From a virus (taxonomy: Duplodnaviria > Caudoviricetes): 64,000 nucleotides of DNA. Position numbers and translations under genes: made by a program. The notes under the pieces were generated by a model. It was given only the letters and a program-made list of their open reading frames with translations. It had not been told where the DNA came from and made no database searches. Where the stretch lies: IMG/VR virus record IMGVR_UViG_3300020050_009209; one strand, written 5' to 3'. How positions within the stretch are numbered: the stretch's first letter is position 1; the number at the start of each line of letters is the position of its first letter. Shown here piece after piece: positions 21,842 through 32,029 of the stretch.

Positions 21842-22279
21842 TCACAGACAGAAACGATCGGAGAAGATGGTTTTGGTAATCCGATCAGCGGAGCGACAGA
21901 CGCGACACTTATCCGACACCAGTTCGATGTATCGAGTATTGTACCAGTCACGATTTGCTAGGTAAGCGTCCAAAGCTTTTCGCACTGGAAGCGGAACGAT
22001 CATGACGTCAAAGTCACTAATGTCTAGGTCCTTAAGGGCCTCCAAGACCGGGTCACTCATCTTAAAAGAGAGTTGAATGTCGGTCCAACGACCACACTTT
22101 GAGGGTACCTCTACCTCCTCGGTCTCCAACATGAGGGCGTTCGACCTCTCGGGGGAACAAGCCGCAAGAACCTCCCCCGTGTTAAAGGAAAACGTGTGAG
22201 GGGACGAGAAGTTTCCTACTCGGAGGTCATTCTTCAGGGTGACAATGGGGATGCCCAGAGTGATACTAGGGGTGCTCAT
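21842..22279 (-). CDS. hypothetical protein
   Basis: Class I promoter at 22289-22314 points to the second ATG. Confidence 0.7.
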   Translation of the reverse strand: MSTPSITLGIPIVTLKNDLRVGNFSSPHTFSFNTGEVLAACSPERSNALMLETEEVEVPSKCGRWTDIQLSFKMSDPVLEALKDLDISDFDVMIVPLPVRKALDAYLANRDWYNTRYIELVSDKCRVCRSADRITKTIFSDRFCL

Positions 22280-22334
22280 GCTCATGCCTACGGATTCTTG
22301 CAGGTGGGGCTTAATGTAAAAGCTGGCGTGTCAA

Positions 22335-23099
22335 TCACTTCAGCTTACGGTAACGGCTCATACGACTCAGTTTGATTGTCCGGTGGTCGGAGGTGTGAAC
22401 CTCTTCGTCCTTGAGATTTACCGAACGTACCGTAAAGTAGTTGGCACGTCTACGATCTTTGGAGATCCAAACCTCCCCAAACTTCGGGATAGGGTTGGAA
22501 TCATCAGTCAAGCTTGCTGCTTGAACCGGAAAGTTCGAGTCCTGGACTCTCCCTACTGTGTTATCCTCCTCAGTGAGACCAAGGGTGTAGGCCCCAACGG
22601 TGGGGGGAGTGAACCCGGCGCCTTCTGTTCGCATAGTCCGACTTTTGCGGCTGTCTGCGTCACTGAGGATGTGCTCCCAGCAACGAAAGCCGATCTTGCC
22701 ACCTACGATGTCGTCTACTGGGGCATCCGGCTCGACCGCTGTAGTCGCATCGTCGTATACAAGAAACCCCTTGTCAGTGGTGGCCGTTGAGTCAGTGATC
22801 GTACATACGTCCAAGTCATTGCGGGAGGTGGAGCAAAAGCCTCTACGAGGCTCAACAGGAAGCCGAGGGAGCCACGGCGTGCGCCTGTGGACCCCAGTGA
22901 ATTCCCTCACGTCCTCTTCAAGGGGGCCACCTACGAGCTGCTCCAAGCTAGCTCGTTTCTTTGCCATGATAGCCTCATCTGATGCACGAGCGTTTCGCCA
23001 TTCGGTAGGGTCTTCCCCAGCCAACCAAGCAGCGTAAGCCCCCGCTGCACAAGCCCACTCCATTAGAGTGAGCCCCTCAGAATTTTTCTTATTGCGCAT
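22335..23099 (-). CDS. hypothetical protein with shared C-terminal domain
   Basis: GGTGTA 9 nt upstream; domain shared with 10885..11646. Confidence 0.65.
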   Translation of the reverse strand: MRNKKNSEGLTLMEWACAAGAYAAWLAGEDPTEWRNARASDEAIMAKKRASLEQLVGGPLEEDVREFTGVHRRTPWLPRLPVEPRRGFCSTSRNDLDVCTITDSTATTDKGFLVYDDATTAVEPDAPVDDIVGGKIGFRCWEHILSDADSRKSRTMRTEGAGFTPPTVGAYTLGLTEEDNTVGRVQDSNFPVQAASLTDDSNPIPKFGEVWISKDRRRANYFTVRSVNLKDEEVHTSDHRTIKLSRMSRYRKLK

Positions 23100-23113
23100 A
23101 CCTAGTACTACAC

Positions 23114-23842
23114 CTACCAGCGACTACGCTGCTGCTTTTTGGTTTTCACTACGGGGCCTTTACCCTGAATCCAAGCATCAAGGTCTGCCACGGTGCAGAT
23201 CATCGAGTTGTAAATGTCTTGCTGCTGGGGGTTGAGCAAGAATTGCACGGTACCGTCCTTCGCAAGTTTCGGAGACAAGGCAAAGTACTTCAGTCCAGCG
23301 GCTTTGATGCGGTCAGCAATCCCAGTTGCTTCTGCGGCCTTAAGGAGAGCCTTTCGATCCTCATGCGCTTTTTTCCAAGCTTGCTTGACTTCAGTAGGGA
23401 GGTTCGATGCTACTCCGATGCACAACCCTGCGTTATCGAAGACTCCACCACCCCCAAGCCAAATGACAGCGTCGTTTGCCTTGATTGCCTCGTAGATCAC
23501 AAGGAGTCTCTTGATGACCTTCGGGTCCTCACTGAAGATCCCAAAGGAACACTCATCCCATGCGCCCCAGGTAACCGTCCCCTTCATAGGTGTAGGGGGT
23601 TTTTGACCGCTCCAAGTTGGGAGGAAGATGCCCTGAAACCCCTCCCCCTTGAACCAGGTGAGTGCGGCTGGTACGGTACGTGTAAGCCGAGACGTTACGC
23701 CATCCCCATCATCATCGCATTCGAAGTAACGTCTCAGCGGTTTGATGCCCCACTCGTGCTCAGCACACAGTTCCGATCCAAGGCTTACTGCGACAACCTT
23801 GGACCCACGAATCACTACTTCTGCGTTTCGTCCGATTCTCAT
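23114..23842 (-). CDS. hypothetical phage protein
   Basis: Class I promoter at 23852-23877 defines ATG 23842. Confidence 0.75.
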   Translation of the reverse strand: MRIGRNAEVVIRGSKVVAVSLGSELCAEHEWGIKPLRRYFECDDDGDGVTSRLTRTVPAALTWFKGEGFQGIFLPTWSGQKPPTPMKGTVTWGAWDECSFGIFSEDPKVIKRLLVIYEAIKANDAVIWLGGGGVFDNAGLCIGVASNLPTEVKQAWKKAHEDRKALLKAAEATGIADRIKAAGLKYFALSPKLAKDGTVQFLLNPQQQDIYNSMICTVADLDAWIQGKGPVVKTKKQQRSRW

Positions 23843-23877
23843 GTTTAACCCTACGAAAGTAGAGAGAGTACGCTTAA

Positions 23878-25020
23878 CTAAAAATCTCGCATGTGAGCCA
23901 GATCGATACATAGGCTGTCTATTCTGAGCAAGTCTGGCTTCTTAGGAAGCTTCGACACCTTAGAAAGCTCGGTTAGCTCCACGTCTTGCTTCGCTGCCCA
24001 TTCAACAAGCTCATAGTAATTCCAAGCTCCGGCTCTAATGCGTAGCAAGTCCTCAGCATCTGGACGTCTCACGATAACCTTACCCTCAGTGAGGATCTCA
24101 CGGCACATCCGTAGGAGCCGCACTAGGTGCATGGCATGTTTCGTGTCGTACCCAAACTGCTCCTCTAGCTTCGCACGATCTGGATTGCGATTCTTCTTCC
24201 AATCCTGAAATTGCTGCCACTCTCGCAGTTTACTCGTGTAGCGTCGCTCCAAGTCGAGCAGCTCAATGAAGTTCGTGGAGAACCCCAGAGAGGTCGCTGC
24301 TGCGGTCCAGGTCTTCTCCTCGATGTCTTTCCAGGACCACTTGGTGATCTCTAGCAGCCTACGGTAGAACTCATCCTTGATGGATTGCCGGTTGGCTGGT
24401 CCAAGCTCCTCTAGCTCATGCCAATTCCACTCGTCCATACGTTTATGAATTGTAGAGGAGGCAGCTGCAAGCTGATCGGCCGGGATAAGAGTATGCTCCG
24501 GTAGGTTAAACTCTGCCCGTGTTGGAGGTGCTACAGGTGGGGTCTTAATCCACCTGTAGTGAGTGTTGATTCTCTTGAGCTGCTGAGTCGCATACCCACT
24601 GAACGTGTGCTTCGCCCGCTGAGATAGAAACAACTCGCGACTTCCCAGGAGAGTTGTCCCCCGTGGGGATACGACCAGGTGATCACTTTCGTCCGTGTAG
24701 AGGATCTCAAGGACGTTTGGGTTACACTCGGCCGCAAGTTTCATGAACTTGCGGAGTTCGAAGATCGTCAAGTCAGGCTCGGACTGAGTGACTTGCTCTA
24801 TTGTGCTCAGGAACCCTAAGTAGTATTCACGCGGAGCGATCATAACTCCACGCAAGTCAAGATCGCTTGTAGGGAGGTTCGTCCCATAGGCGTGACTACC
24901 GTGACGAGTCAGATAGATTGTCCGACTCGGTACCCACGGTAAGTTGCCGGAATACACTGGCTTCCAATCAAAGAGAAGCGTACTCTTGACTGAGATCAAG
25001 TCACTCCTTGGTGTACCCAT
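23878..25020 (-). CDS. RlaP-like / pol-beta family nucleotidyltransferase
   Basis: GSHAYG...SDLDLRG, NPNVLE, YDTKHAMHLVRLLRM. Confidence 0.88.
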   Translation of the reverse strand: MGTPRSDLISVKSTLLFDWKPVYSGNLPWVPSRTIYLTRHGSHAYGTNLPTSDLDLRGVMIAPREYYLGFLSTIEQVTQSEPDLTIFELRKFMKLAAECNPNVLEILYTDESDHLVVSPRGTTLLGSRELFLSQRAKHTFSGYATQQLKRINTHYRWIKTPPVAPPTRAEFNLPEHTLIPADQLAAASSTIHKRMDEWNWHELEELGPANRQSIKDEFYRRLLEITKWSWKDIEEKTWTAAATSLGFSTNFIELLDLERRYTSKLREWQQFQDWKKNRNPDRAKLEEQFGYDTKHAMHLVRLLRMCREILTEGKVIVRRPDAEDLLRIRAGAWNYYELVEWAAKQDVELTELSKVSKLPKKPDLLRIDSLCIDLAHMRDF

Positions 25021-25606
25021 GGAACCACCCCTTTCCACGCGTGTCCGGACGCTGACAGTGAGCCTGAGCCTCAGCGAGACTCAGGCCTCGCTTACCCCGC
25101 ACAGCCTTGGGGGGGCCGCTAAAACTAAATTTCACGATCTTGTAGGTGTTGTTCGAGGTAGGCTTGTTGCTCATAAGCCCACCTACGGAGATTAGAGCTG
25201 GCTTTTTAACCCCTTTCTCTACCTCAAGCTTTAGATACGCAATACATGCCGCCTGGAGCTTTGAGAGGTACTTCCCACACTCTAACCCATGGAAATGCAA
25301 GTTCTTTTTTGGAGCCCCTATAGCTGACTCCAGAGTCACAACCAGTTGCATCGCTGACTCCACAAGCTCTTGCGTGACGGCACGTTTACGGTTCGGAGTT
25401 AGCCGGAGGATACGAGCAGCGGGAAAATCTTCCTGGGTGATTCGGCAAGTGTCTTGAGCTTCCTTAAGTTCGTTCGCCTCCCAACGTTTCGGCTTAACCT
25501 GCACCCCAAAGTAGGGACCCCCAGGCTTTCCAGAGTACGATAGGACGTAACCTAATAATTCTTGAGACTTGAGGCCCATAGTTGATCCGTTAGTGTGGAG
25601 GCCCAA
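25001..25606 (-). CDS. hypothetical protein
   Basis: ORF in string. Confidence 0.55.
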   Translation of the reverse strand: MGLHTNGSTMGLKSQELLGYVLSYSGKPGGPYFGVQVKPKRWEANELKEAQDTCRITQEDFPAARILRLTPNRKRAVTQELVESAMQLVVTLESAIGAPKKNLHFHGLECGKYLSKLQAACIAYLKLEVEKGVKKPALISVGGLMSNKPTSNNTYKIVKFSFSGPPKAVRGKRGLSLAEAQAHCQRPDTRGKGWFHGYTKE

Positions 25607-25986
25607 GGGGACTCCAGTAAAAATCGAAAAAGGTTGAGATTGTACTCACGAAAAGAGCAAGCCTCTCCTAAGAGCCGCTTGGGGTGGACCCAAGAAACGA
25701 ACACTCCTGGTTCCAGTGTGGCAGGGTCTCCTTGCCATTGAGTAATTATGTAGGTCCAAACCAAGCACTTACTTACAGAATCTACCCGAGTAAGTACATG
25801 GTCGGCCCTAAGGACCTTTACTCCCGTCTCCTCCTGGACCTCTCTCACTAGAGCGTCAAATGGTGTTTCATCGGTTTCCAACTTACCACCAGGTAATCCT
25901 AGATCGTACTGGTTACCTCTTCTGGAAACAGCTAAGAGAGCCCCTTCATGGAGGAGTAGCCCAACTACGGCGATTGGTTTAAGCAC
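25552..25986 (-). CDS. NUDIX hydrolase
   Basis: Nudix box GGKLETDETPFDALVREVQEETG. Confidence 0.92.
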   Translation of the reverse strand: MLKPIAVVGLLLHEGALLAVSRRGNQYDLGLPGGKLETDETPFDALVREVQEETGVKVLRADHVLTRVDSVSKCLVWTYIITQWQGDPATLEPGVFVSWVHPKRLLGEACSFREYNLNLFRFLLESPWASTLTDQLWASSLKNY

Positions 25987-26222
25987 TACCGCAACCTTGT
26001 TGGGTTCGTGGAGTTGACCGCATCTGCAAGGTCATCGTAGAACCGTAGCTCGTCGAATCTCCCTGGAATGACCACAGCGTCCCGACTTTGACCTAGGCTG
26101 TCTGCATACTCTAGAGCCGCCTCCTCGGAATAGAAGACTCTTCGAGTAGCTAGAGTGTAACGACCCAGGCTGTTGTCCTCCTTGCGATCTTCTCTTGCGA
26201 TTACGATAAACTTCAGACTCAT
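25986..26222 (-). CDS. hypothetical protein
   Basis: Start MSLKFIV within ORF 25986..26396. Confidence 0.5.
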   Translation of the reverse strand: MSLKFIVIAREDRKEDNSLGRYTLATRRVFYSEEAALEYADSLGQSRDAVVIPGRFDELRFYDDLADAVNSTNPTRLR

Positions 26223-26400
26223 CCAGCAACCTTTTTCACATCGACCTGTTCGCAATCCCTGCGGTGGGTAAACCAATCCCATTGCCGGGTCGAGTTGCGG
26301 CAATAGCCCGGTGGCGAGTGATCTTGGGGGTACTTCTTGCAATTGAGGCAAGCCTCCCCCATGCCGACTGCATTGGCTTCTGGGTGGCAGACACATGGGT

Positions 26401-26661
26401 TCATTTGACTAGGCATTGACAATCCTCGCACCAAACTTCAGGCGTAGCCACCCAATCGATAGCTACACCAAGGCTAAGGTGGCCGACAAGATTTCCATGG
26501 GTCTCACACACGGTAGACCAAACTGCGGTAGGGTCGTCCTCCATCCCAGCCTGAATGCTGTGGTAAACCCCAACGAGAGTCTTCGTGGACCGGACCTTAC
26601 GCTGTAGAACACAGCCCTGCAATCCGTTGTAGTTGTAAGCTTTGGTGACTTGCCTTCCCAT
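26401..26661 (-). CDS. hypothetical protein
   Basis: Class I promoter at 26671-26696. Confidence 0.7.
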   Translation of the reverse strand: MGRQVTKAYNYNGLQGCVLQRKVRSTKTLVGVYHSIQAGMEDDPTAVWSTVCETHGNLVGHLSLGVAIDWVATPEVWCEDCQCLVK

Positions 26662-26729
26662 ACAACCCCCTACGATTTTCTCACTTGGAGGTTTAACCAG
26701 CCAGAGCTAGGATCGTAGTTACAGGTAAG

Positions 26730-27080
26730 ATGGCTACCAGTAAGCATAAAACCACAGTTCTCAACACGAAACCCCCATGCCCTCACGCTGAAACCAGTTA
26801 CTTTAATTGGTGTGACAAATGTGCGAAACTTTCCGCTGGCAAGAAACCCAATCCTAAGTTCAAGGCGGGGGACTTCGTCGTTGTTGATCGTGACGGGGAC
26901 GTTGGTGTCGTACGAAAAGTTAAGATGGTACTTTTCGGCACTGCCACCCCAACCCCTTCTTGGCAAGAGGAAGTCGACGTAGACAGCTTGTCGGGGCGGA
27001 CGACATGTCCAGCCAGTTTTCTTTCGCGTCTTGTACGAGAGTCTTCCGTCCCAGTTCGCACTGAGACGGAAGAAACCTAA
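26730..27080 (+). CDS. hypothetical protein
   Basis: ATG ORF. Confidence 0.5.
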   Translation: MATSKHKTTVLNTKPPCPHAETSYFNWCDKCAKLSAGKKPNPKFKAGDFVVVDRDGDVGVVRKVKMVLFGTATPTPSWQEEVDVDSLSGRTTCPASFLSRLVRESSVPVRTETEET

Positions 27081-27083
27081 CCC

Positions 27084-27392
27084 TCAGTAATCGTCTCTCT
27101 CGTTCCTACGGCCCTTCGTCGATCGGGGTTTCTTCCCCTCCCCTCCTACAAATTCTACATACTTAGATGTGGCTGGGGCTGGAGGGGCGGATGTCGAGTA
27201 GCTCCCAAAGGCTGGAACTTGAGGCGTCTCACCAGCTCTCCGCGCCTTGTTGGCAGCCACACAGGACTTACAACGCTTCGGAGGGGTGTAACCCTTCGAG
27301 GCAAAGAACTCTTGGTCCCTTACCGAGTGGATGAATTGCGCACGACAGTTGGGTTCGATGCAAGTGAGAGTGAGATCAGACAGAGCGTTCAT
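27084..27392 (-). CDS. zinc-ribbon domain protein
   Basis: C....C...F..S..DQEFF..KGY.PPKRC..C. Confidence 0.8.
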   Translation of the reverse strand: MNALSDLTLTCIEPNCRAQFIHSVRDQEFFASKGYTPPKRCKSCVAANKARRAGETPQVPAFGSYSTSAPPAPATSKYVEFVGGEGKKPRSTKGRRNERDDY

Positions 27393-27407
27393 GAACGTAG
27401 CGGTCCC

Positions 27408-27686
27408 TTATTTGTGGAGAGTTTCAAGCAGTTGTGTAACAAAGGCGTCTCGTTCGCTTTCAATTCGAACGAGGTCCTCACTGAGGCGACAAGCCCTGCT
27501 TAGCATAGCCTCAATTTCCTTAGCTTGCGATTCTACATTGAGAGATGTAGAATCTGCTAGTCGTTGTCGAGCTTCGTCCAGCTCTCGGCCCTTCTCCTCT
27601 ATTCGAGTCGAGTACAGACCTAAGGTGGACATTGCTTGACTATCGACCTTACCGAAGAAGTAAGAGTCAAGGTGCGTAGGACCCAT
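27408..27686 (-). CDS. coiled-coil hypothetical protein
   Basis: GGAGG SD. Confidence 0.6.
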   Translation of the reverse strand: MGPTHLDSYFFGKVDSQAMSTLGLYSTRIEEKGRELDEARQRLADSTSLNVESQAKEIEAMLSRACRLSEDLVRIESERDAFVTQLLETLHK

Positions 27687-27765
27687 CCTCCCCCATATAC
27701 ACTAGATTCCAGCACCCGTCTAGGTTTTTTCGCACTTACCTAACCTAAACGGTGTAAGAGTGTTC

Positions 27766-28370
27766 ATGCCTCTCGACTTTGACTTCAATTACGATGAGCG
27801 CACGGACTCAATTCAGAGGCTGGGGCACTACTCATCTGCCAATAATCGTGAGGCAACCCGTGAAGAAGCTTTGATGTGGGATCGTATTCATGAACTAGAG
27901 AAGCTTCTAGAGAAGGATTGGCCAAAGCCGTTCCGGTCCCTCTTCGACCATATTCTTGCGGTAACCACTCCTTGCGTTGAGCTGAGCGCTGCTGATATAG
28001 GACGGCTCTTGAGGTACGCACCACATTACATACACACTGTAACGGACCCTAACTTAACTAGTAAGCAGATCGTATGCTCCATTCGACTCATGGTAGACGG
28101 CTACCCTACAATGATTTGGATTAAGGCGAGCATGGAGGTTCCAAGTGGTACGATTCGTGAGGCACCTGGTTGGTAATGTCAACTCCTAAGTTCCAAATAC
28201 GTACCGTCATTGTTCGAGGTAACACTTACCTACGAGTCGAGGACGTAGCTGAGTATATTCGGGAGTGTGGGTATGGAGAGGAGACTGATGTACGTAACCG
28301 ATTGAAGAAAGCTGCCGATATCCTTACCGACCAGACCTGGTACTTAGATGGACCTCAAACTCCTACTTGA
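27766..28370 (+). other. two hypothetical ORFs (27766-28176, 28170-28370)
   Basis: GGTGTA 9 nt before ATG 27766. Confidence 0.6.
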
Positions 28371-28752
28371 GATGGGTATTACAGTGGAGAGTCTACGGGA
28401 GGTAGATCAAGCTCCATCTCTAGCTGTAGCCAGCTCTAAGCTAGAGGCCCTTAAGCTTCGATTCAAGAGGGAGTTCAATCGGCTTGCCCTAAGCCTTCAC
28501 CCCGACCAGACCGGAGGGGATCCCAAAAAGACGGAGAAGTTTAAGCACCTCTGTCAACTGAAGGTGGAATTTGAAACACTTCAGGCGAAGGAGCCTACCG
28601 TAGCTCCTACGGAGGATGACCTAACCCCTCCTCCTATTCGTATTCGATACTACCCAGTCGCTCGGAAAGTTGACTCAGTGAGTCCAGACCAAAAAGCCTA
28701 CCGAACGGCGAACATGACTCCCTCTGACGTAAGGCCTAAACGTGACAGATGA
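28348..28752 (+). CDS. J-domain protein
   Basis: FNRLALSLHPDQTGGD...KF. Confidence 0.75.
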   Translation: MDLKLLLEMGITVESLREVDQAPSLAVASSKLEALKLRFKREFNRLALSLHPDQTGGDPKKTEKFKHLCQLKVEFETLQAKEPTVAPTEDDLTPPPIRIRYYPVARKVDSVSPDQKAYRTANMTPSDVRPKRDR

Positions 28753-29092
28753 GCTAAGTACCCCAATCGACCTACCAGACTTTACACATCTGTCTGTGCC
28801 GGAACTAACGTCCCTCCGGAATCACATTGCGATGCAGACAAAGGAGGCCAGAAAGAAGGCCAACGTAGCCATAGCTAAAACAGGCTCACCAACCCTCAAG
28901 TCTCTTTGGATGAACTACGTTAGCCTACGTTCGGATACGAGCGCTGAGGCTCGTAGAGCTGCCAGTAAGCCATTCTACAATGAGCTTTTGCGGCACCCGA
29001 TAGCCTTCCTTGCGTACTCCTACGTGAACTCTCTCCTGATCCTGGATCAAGCGATCGTTCAGGACATGCTACGTAGGTCAAAAGTAGGTTAA
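28742..29092 (+). CDS. hypothetical protein
   Basis: Coupled ORF. Confidence 0.55.
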   Translation: MTDELSTPIDLPDFTHLSVPELTSLRNHIAMQTKEARKKANVAIAKTGSPTLKSLWMNYVSLRSDTSAEARRAASKPFYNELLRHPIAFLAYSYVNSLLILDQAIVQDMLRRSKVG

Positions 29093-29125
29093 ACCGTCCG
29101 CCAAAGATTACGTAGGGGTTAGAGT

Positions 29126-29869
29126 ATGAGAATTAGAGTAGTATCTGACCTGCATTGTGAGATGCACAGGGACCGAGGTTGGACCTTGGCTGTAGAGATT
29201 TGCCAAGACCTCGCATTTGACGTTCTAGTTCTTGCCGGAGACATTGCAACGGATGCAACACTAGATCCGGTACTGACAATGTTCTGCGAGCTAGTTGCAC
29301 CTAAGCCCGTTCTATTCGTACTAGGAAACCACGAGTACTACGGAGGTTCCGTAGCTGGTACCGAGACAAAAGCTAGAGCGGTAGCGGAAGTGTTCCCCAA
29401 CCTTCACGTATTGGAGGGAGATATCGTAGAACTACAGGGCCAAAGGTTCCTGGGGTGTACCCTTTGGTACGAGCACCCTAACTGGCTTCCCTCAGACGCA
29501 GACTTCGGGGACTTCAATCACATTGAAGGGTTTGCTGACTTTGTCCACCAGCAAGCAATGGACTCAGCAGACTTCCTTCGGTCCTCGATTCAACCTGGGG
29601 ATGTAGTGATCACACACTTCCTACCTCACCCAGAGAGTATCGCACCTAAGTATAGGTTCTCGTCCTCGAATGGGTACTTCCTGCACAACGTGTCAGACAT
29701 CGTAAGGTGCGGGGAGGCCAAGCTCTGGATCCACGGTCACACGCATAGCAGTGTAGACTACACGATTAACCAGACTAGGGTAATCTGCAACCCATTCGGA
29801 TATGCTACAAGACCGTACCCAGGAGAGCCAAATCCTGAGTTCAAGTCTCTACTTACAGTGAGGGTTTAG
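29126..29869 (+). CDS. calcineurin-like metallophosphoesterase
   Basis: SDLH, AGDI, GNHE, THF.P, HGHTH; class I promoter at 29089-29114. Confidence 0.93.
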   Translation: MRIRVVSDLHCEMHRDRGWTLAVEICQDLAFDVLVLAGDIATDATLDPVLTMFCELVAPKPVLFVLGNHEYYGGSVAGTETKARAVAEVFPNLHVLEGDIVELQGQRFLGCTLWYEHPNWLPSDADFGDFNHIEGFADFVHQQAMDSADFLRSSIQPGDVVITHFLPHPESIAPKYRFSSSNGYFLHNVSDIVRCGEAKLWIHGHTHSSVDYTINQTRVICNPFGYATRPYPGEPNPEFKSLLTVRV

Positions 29870-29871
29870 CG

Positions 29872-30057
29872 ATGGGTATTTTTTGGGAAGCTGCTTTCAA
29901 TGCTGCATTGTCAGCGTTAGTCAGCAAGGAGTACCATGACTCCCCTTCGAGCAGGGAGGCGCTGGTCCGGAGGGCTGGTGAGATTGCTACCGCAGCAGAA
30001 GCCGAGAGGGCCCGACTAGAGAGGCTCTTACTAGAGGACGTGCCTTATCGAGGGTGA
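29872..30057 (+). CDS. hypothetical protein
   Basis: Abuts the upstream gene. Confidence 0.5.
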   Translation: MGIFWEAAFNAALSALVSKEYHDSPSSREALVRRAGEIATAAEAERARLERLLLEDVPYRG

Positions 30058-30059
30058 AG

Positions 30060-30774
30060 TCACTTACAGTAACGGTGTAAGTTAGCACCAAAGGGGAAAT
30101 CATCGGCGCTAGGAATTGGACCGTGGACGAAAAGCTCCATGGCTTCCGGATTCCCGCACCTTCCTGAGTTTAAGCGGTGGGGGTAATGGTAGGCACCACA
30201 CCTACAAATTACCCCTTTCTCTTTACGCCTCCACCTACAAAGCGGTCGACCCAAGCGACACTTCGCAGAGTGTCGCTTGGGTCCATAGCATCTTGTTGGC
30301 TTGGGGTTATTTTCCAATACGCTCAAACCTAGTGGTGTACTTAGCGGTAGACTTGGTGCGTTTAGCTCGTTTGCGTCGAGTTACCTTAGCGGTAACTTCC
30401 CCCGCAGTTTCATCCACCTCAGCCTCCACGGTAAAAGCTTCCGCGAGTCTAATTTGAGCCTCGTACTCTACACGAGCCTCCTCTAACCTTTCCCTCTCAG
30501 CTTGAGTTTGACGTTCCATCCTCTCATAGGATTCCTTAGATCTTAGGTAAGACTCTCTATGGCTCGGGTCATACCTTGGAGTTAATCCCAGTATGGATAG
30601 GGTTGTCCAACAACCCCAAATGAGCGTAACCCCAAAGACCACGGTATTCGAGGTTACAGGCGTAACCTCGAATACCGTATGGGGGCAAAATCTGGACTTG
30701 AGTAGCCATAGTACGATGGCGGATAGAGTAAGCCACAAGTAGGTTTGTAGGTACTCCTCCAAGTAAGTCTTCAT
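30060..30774 (-). other. two hypothetical ORFs (30060-30326 Cys/His-rich; 30307-30774 membrane)
   Basis: Coupled ORFs; hydrophobic segments. Confidence 0.55.
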
Positions 30775-31271
30775 GTCAGCTCCATGGGGATTACGTAGAC
30801 TGGCTTACCTGACTTTGACGCCATTTGCAAGGTTTGATAGGTGCCCGACTTGTAATCCTCAGCCCGCCAGAACCCGACTAGGAATGCACAGTTGTCGACT
30901 AAGTACTGGTTCCTAGTCTTGTAACTCGACTTCAAGTGAAGCGGGTTCTGCAACTCTATGACTCGATCCGCCTTCCTTGACCACTCCTGAGTATCTCTGG
31001 GTTGGCTCTCAAGGACGTCTGGAACGACAACGACAAGAGAAGGAGTTGCCCTCCCTGAAAGGGCTCTAATCTCTAATGCAGCTTTGAGGGCCTCCGTGTC
31101 CGCACCTAAGGCACCTCCAAAGTAGATGGCATCTACGTTCGTATTGCCGACAAGACCTCGCATTGCGTTGAATATCCTGAGGGTATCCTTGTAGGTTACC
31201 TGTCGATGTCCCGTGATTGCAGCGACTCTAGGCACAGCTACCTCGCAAGAGCCAGTTACTCTGTAGGGCAA
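30771..31271 (-). CDS. SLOG superfamily (YspA/DprA-like) protein
   Basis: AITGHR, GGALGAD, RNQYLVD, SGTYQT...A...GKPV. Confidence 0.8.
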   Translation of the reverse strand: MPYRVTGSCEVAVPRVAAITGHRQVTYKDTLRIFNAMRGLVGNTNVDAIYFGGALGADTEALKAALEIRALSGRATPSLVVVVPDVLESQPRDTQEWSRKADRVIELQNPLHLKSSYKTRNQYLVDNCAFLVGFWRAEDYKSGTYQTLQMASKSGKPVYVIPMELT

Positions 31272-31294
31272 AGCGCCTAACCTCTAGGGGGTCT

Positions 31295-31696
31295 ATGGGG
31301 AGTACTAGGTTGGACTTGGAGTGTGACTCAAGGTCCAACCTATGTGGAAAGCAAGCGTGCTTTTCCGTGAGGAGGTTCCAGAAGTTACATCGGGGACACT
31401 TTGTCATCGCTTTTCAAATCATAGTTGAAAATCCAGGCTCTACCGCCACTCAAGTTGCTAAGAGTATTGGACTAAAGTCCGCCAGCATCTCGTCTAAACT
31501 TACAGCTCAAGTTAACGAGGGGAAGCTGATCCGTGTAGCTGGAGAGGGGGTACGAGGGGGGTACGGTTACTACCTACCTCCCACTACCCCCTCTTCTAGT
31601 CCCCCGTACCCTTCTAGGTGGGACAGACTTTTCAGCGCTGACTTTGAACAAAGTCCCAGTCACTCTGAGCATCCGCCATCGTCATCCCAACGATAG
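31295..31696 (+). CDS. winged-helix protein
   Basis: NPGSTATQVAKSIGL...ISSKL.....GKL. Confidence 0.55.
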   Translation: MGSTRLDLECDSRSNLCGKQACFSVRRFQKLHRGHFVIAFQIIVENPGSTATQVAKSIGLKSASISSKLTAQVNEGKLIRVAGEGVRGGYGYYLPPTTPSSSPPYPSRWDRLFSADFEQSPSHSEHPPSSSQR

Positions 31697-31979
31697 CCGA
31701 CTCGAAGAAGTGCTCGTTCTTGCGCTCAGCTTCCATCTCAGCGCTCTCGGGCTTCGTCTCCGGGTGAAAGATCTCCCGGTAGTACTGCTTCGTGGCCTCT
31801 CGCTGGCTCTCAAGCGTCCCAGGGGGGCACTTCGTCACGGAGGCGCTCACCACCCCATCAACCTCCTGGACCTTGCCGTTCTTGACGGAACGGCAGTAGG
31901 ACTTCGCAAGAGTCTCCGTGGGGAAGGTTGCGGAACCGGTGGAGCCATTCTTCTGAGTGAACGTAACGCGGAAGGCCAT
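31632..31979 (-). CDS. hypothetical protein
   Basis: GAGG SD; class I promoter at 32004-32029. Confidence 0.7.
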   Translation of the reverse strand: MAFRVTFTQKNGSTGSATFPTETLAKSYCRSVKNGKVQEVDGVVSASVTKCPPGTLESQREATKQYYREIFHPETKPESAEMEAERKNEHFFESAIVGMTMADAQSDWDFVQSQR

Positions 31980-32029
31980 GTGGACACCTCTTTCAAGTCT
32001 CCCTACGTAAGTCACGGCTGACGAGTTAA

